Translations under genes and position numbers: made by a program
Notes under the pieces: model-generated
Told to the model about the DNA's origin: nothing
Database searches by the model: none
The model's input: the letters and a program-made list of their open reading frames with translations, nothing else
Part shown: positions 60,518-64,000 of the stretch, piece by piece
Numbering within the stretch: position 1 is the stretch's first letter
How the letters are laid out: every line of letters starts with the position of its first letter
Origin: Macrostomum lignano
Lineage: Eukaryota
Length of the DNA stretch: 64,000 nucleotides
Direction: 5' to 3'
Assembly (NCBI GenBank): GCA_002269645.1
Contig: NIVC01002234.1
Location: forward strand, 1 to 64,000

Positions 60518-63500
60518 ATCCTGTTAGACACGAAGTCCCTCTGTTAGACACGAAGTCATCCTGTTAGACACAAATTCATCCTGTTAGATAGAAAGTCACC
60601 CAGTTAGACACGAAATCCCTCTGTTAGACAGGAAGTCACCCTGTTAGACAGGAAGTCACCCTGTTAGACAGGAAGTCACCCTGTTAGACAAGAAGTCACC
60701 CTGTTAGACAGGAAGTCACCCTGTTAGACAAGAAGTCAACCCTGTTAGACAAGAAGTCAACCCTGTTAGACAAGAAGTCAACCCTGTTAGACAGGAAGTC
60801 ACCCTGTTAGACAAGAAGTCAACCCTGTTAGACAAGAAGTCAACCCTGTTAGACAAGAAGTCAACCCTGTTAGACAAGAAGTCAACCCTGTTAGACAGGA
60901 AGTCACCCTGTTAGACAAGAAGTCAATCCTGTTAGACAAGAAGTCAACCCTGTTAGACAAGAAGTCAACCCTGTTAGACAGGAAGTCACCCTGTTAGACA
61001 AGAAGTCAACCCTGTTAGACAAGAAGTCAACCCTGTTAGACAAGAAGTCAACCCTGTTAGACAAGAAGTCAACCCTGTTAGACAGGAAGTCACCCTGTTA
61101 GACAAGAAGTCAATCCTGTTAGACAAGAAGTCAACCCTGTTAGACAAGAAGTCAACCCTGTTAGACAGGAAGTCACCCTGTTAGACAGGAAGTCACCCTG
61201 TTAGACAAGAAGTCACCCTGTTAGACAGGAAGTCACCCTGTTAGACAAGAAGTCAACCCTGTTAGACAAGAAGTCAACCCTGTTAGACAAGAAGTCAACC
61301 CTGTTAGACAGGAAGTCACCCTGTTAGACAAGAAGTCAACCCTGTTAGACAAGAAGTCAACCCTGTTAGACAGGAAGTCACCCTGTTAGACAAGAAGTCA
61401 ATCCTGTTAGACAAGAAGTTAATCCTGTTAGACAAGAAGTCAACCCTGTTAGACAGGAAGTCACCCTGTTAGACAGGAAGTCACCCTGTTAGACAAGAAG
61501 TCACCCTGTTAGACAGGAAGTCACCCTGTTAGACAAGAAGTCAACCCTGTTAGACAAGAAGTCAACCCTGTTAGACAAGAAGTCAACCCTGTTAGACAGG
61601 AAGTCACCCTGTTAGACAAGAAGTCAACCCTGTTAGACAGGAAGTCACCCTGTTAGACAAGAAGTCAACCCTGTTAGACAAGAAGTCAACCCTGTTAGAC
61701 AAGAAGTCAACCCTGTTAGACAGGAAGTCACCCTGTTAGACAAGAAGTCAATCCTGTTAGACAAGAAGTCAACCCTGTTAGACAAGAAGTCAACCCTGTT
61801 AGACAGGAAGTCACCCTGTTAGACAGGAAGTCACCCTGTTAGACAAGAAGTCACCCTGTTAGACAGGAAGTCACCCTGTTAGACAAGAAGTCAACCCTGT
61901 TAGACAGGAAGTCACCCTGTTAGACAAGAAGTCAATCCTGTTAGACAAGAAGTCAACCCTGTTAGACAAGAAGTCAACCCTGTTAGACAGGAAGTCACCC
62001 TGTTAGACAAGAAGTCAATCCTGTTAGACAAGAAGTTAATCCTGTTAGACAAGAAGTCAACCCTGTTAGACAGGAAGTCACCCTGTTAGACAAGAAGTCA
62101 ATCCTGTTAGACAAGAAGTTAATCCTGTTAGAAAAGAAGTCAACCCTGTTAGACAAGAAGTCACCCTGTTAGACAAGAAGTCAATCCTGTTAGACAAGAA
62201 GTTAATCCTGTTAGACACGAAGTCAACCCTGTTAGACAGGAAGTCACCCTGTTAGACAAGAAGTCAATCCTGTTAGACAAGAAGTTAATCCTGTTAGACA
62301 AGAAGTCAACCCTGTTAGACAAGAAGTCACCCTGTTAGACAAGAAGTCAATCCTGTTAGACAAGAAGTTAATCCTGTTAGACAAGAAGTCAACCCTGTTA
62401 GACAGGAAGTCACCCTGTTAGACAAGAAGTCAACCCTGTTAGACAAGAAGTTAATCCTGTTAGACAAGAAGTCACCCTGTTAGACAAGAAGTCAATCCTG
62501 TTAGACAAGAAGTTAATCCTGTTAGACAAGAAGTCAACCCTGTTAGACAGGAAGTCACCCTGTTAGACAAGAAGTCAACCCTGTTAGACAAGAAGTTAAT
62601 CCTGTTAGACAAGAAGTCAACCCTGTTAGACAAGAAGTCAATCCTGTTAGACAAGAAGTTAATCCTGTTAGACAAGAAGTCAACCCTGTTAGACAAGAAG
62701 TCAATCCTGTTAGACAAGAAGTCAACCCTGTTAGACAGGAAGTCAACCCTGTTAGACAGTAAGTCACCCTGTTAGACAAGAAGTCAACCCTGTTAGACAA
62801 GAAGTCAACCCTGTTAGACAGGAAGTCACCCTGTTAGACAAGAAGTCAATCCTGTTAGACAAGAAGTCAACCCTGTTAGACAGGAAGTCACCCTGTTAGA
62901 CAAGAAGTCAATCCTGTTAGACAAGAAGTCAATCCTGTTAGACAAGAAGTCAACCCTGTTAGACAGGAAGTCACCCTGTTAGACAAGAAGTCAATCCTGT
63001 TAGACAAGAAGTTAATCCTGTTAGACAAGAAGTTAATCCTGTTAGACAAGAAGTCAACCCTGTTAGACAGGAAGTCACCCTGTTAGACAAGAAGTCAATC
63101 CTGTTAGACAAGAAGTTAATCCTGTTAGACAGGAAGTCAACCCTGTTAGACAGTAAGTCACCCTGTTAGACAAGAAGTCAACCCTGTTAGACAGGAAGTC
63201 ACCCTGTTAGACAAGAAGTCAATCCTGTTAGACAAGAAGTCAACCCTGTTAGACAGGAAGTCACCCTGTTAGACAAGAAGTCAATCCTGTTAGACAAGAA
63301 GTTAATCCTGTTAGACAAGAAGTCAACCCTGTTAGACAGGAAGTCACCCTGTTAGACAAGAAGTCAACCCTGTTAGACAGGAAGTCAACCCTGTTAGACA
63401 GTAAGTCACCCTGTTAGACAAGAAGTCAACCCTGTTAGACAAGAAGTCAACCCTGTTAGACAGGAAGTCACCCTGTTAGACAAGAAGTCAATCCTGTTAG

Positions 63501-64000
63501 ACAAGAAGTCAACCCTGTTAGACAGGAAGTCACCCTGTTAGACAAGAAGTCAATCCTGTTAGACAAGAAGTTAATCCTGTTAGACAAGAAGTCAACCCTG
63601 TTAGACAGGAAGTCACCCTGTTAGACAAGAAGTCAATCCTGTTAGACAAGAAGTTAATCCTGTTAGACAAGAAGTTAATCCTGTTAGACAAGAAGTCAAC
63701 CCTGTTAGACAGGAAGTCACCCTGTTAGACAAGAAGTCAATCCTGTTAGACAAGAAGTTAATCCTGTTAGACAAGAAGTCAACCCTGTTAGACAAGAAGT
63801 CAATCCTGTTAGACAAGAAGTTAATCCTGTTAGACAAGAAGTCACCCTGTTAGACAAGAAGTCAATCCTGTTAGACAAGAAGTTAATCCTGTTAGACAAG
63901 AAGTCAACCCTGTTAGACAAGAAGTTAATCCTGTTAGACAAGAAGTCAACCCTGTTAGACAAGAAGTCAATCCTGTTAGACAAGAAGTTAATCCTGTTAG
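60518..64000. repeat. 20/21-bp satellite (CCTGTTAGACARGAAGTCA[A]C)n, more than 3.4 kb, runs off the window
   Basis: Direct periodicity; mixed 20- and 21-bp monomers. Confidence 0.97.

Noticed and set aside
3301-64000. 20-46-bp repeat arrays as CRISPR arrays
   Set aside because: Monomers are directly adjacent with no unique spacers, there are no cas genes, and the context is eukaryotic.

Overview
Eukaryotic (invertebrate animal) genomic DNA; no prokaryotic features. TTAGGG repeats, a long-coil-1b cytoplasmic intermediate filament with a lamin-tail domain and a type-III cadherin suggest a protostome, possibly a flatworm such as Macrostomum (inference only). I reconstructed four spliced genes by hand, all on the minus strand and all with GT-AG introns and matching phases: (1) the 5' part of a secreted or membrane CUB-domain gene (5649 to beyond position 1); (2) a complete 18-exon, about 2830-aa type-III (DN-cadherin-like) classical cadherin (38156-9227); (3) a two-exon, about 546-aa unidentified helical/coiled-coil gene (51248-48798); (4) the last 9 exons of a cytoplasmic intermediate filament gene (60415-56253). 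The most striking structure is in the 17.3-kb cadherin intron 14: a 16.6-kb spacer-free head-to-tail stack of seven non-identical Helitron-like elements (11003-27611). They have 5'-TC starts, a (GTCT)n or related microsatellite, a 3' hairpin and CTC(G) ends, sit in a single A^T site, and most carry (TAACCC)n telomeric repeats. A related element with a truncated RepHel-like N-terminal ORF lies at 42894-~46169. The rest is SINEs, a cluster of MITEs and more than a dozen unrelated mini/microsatellites.
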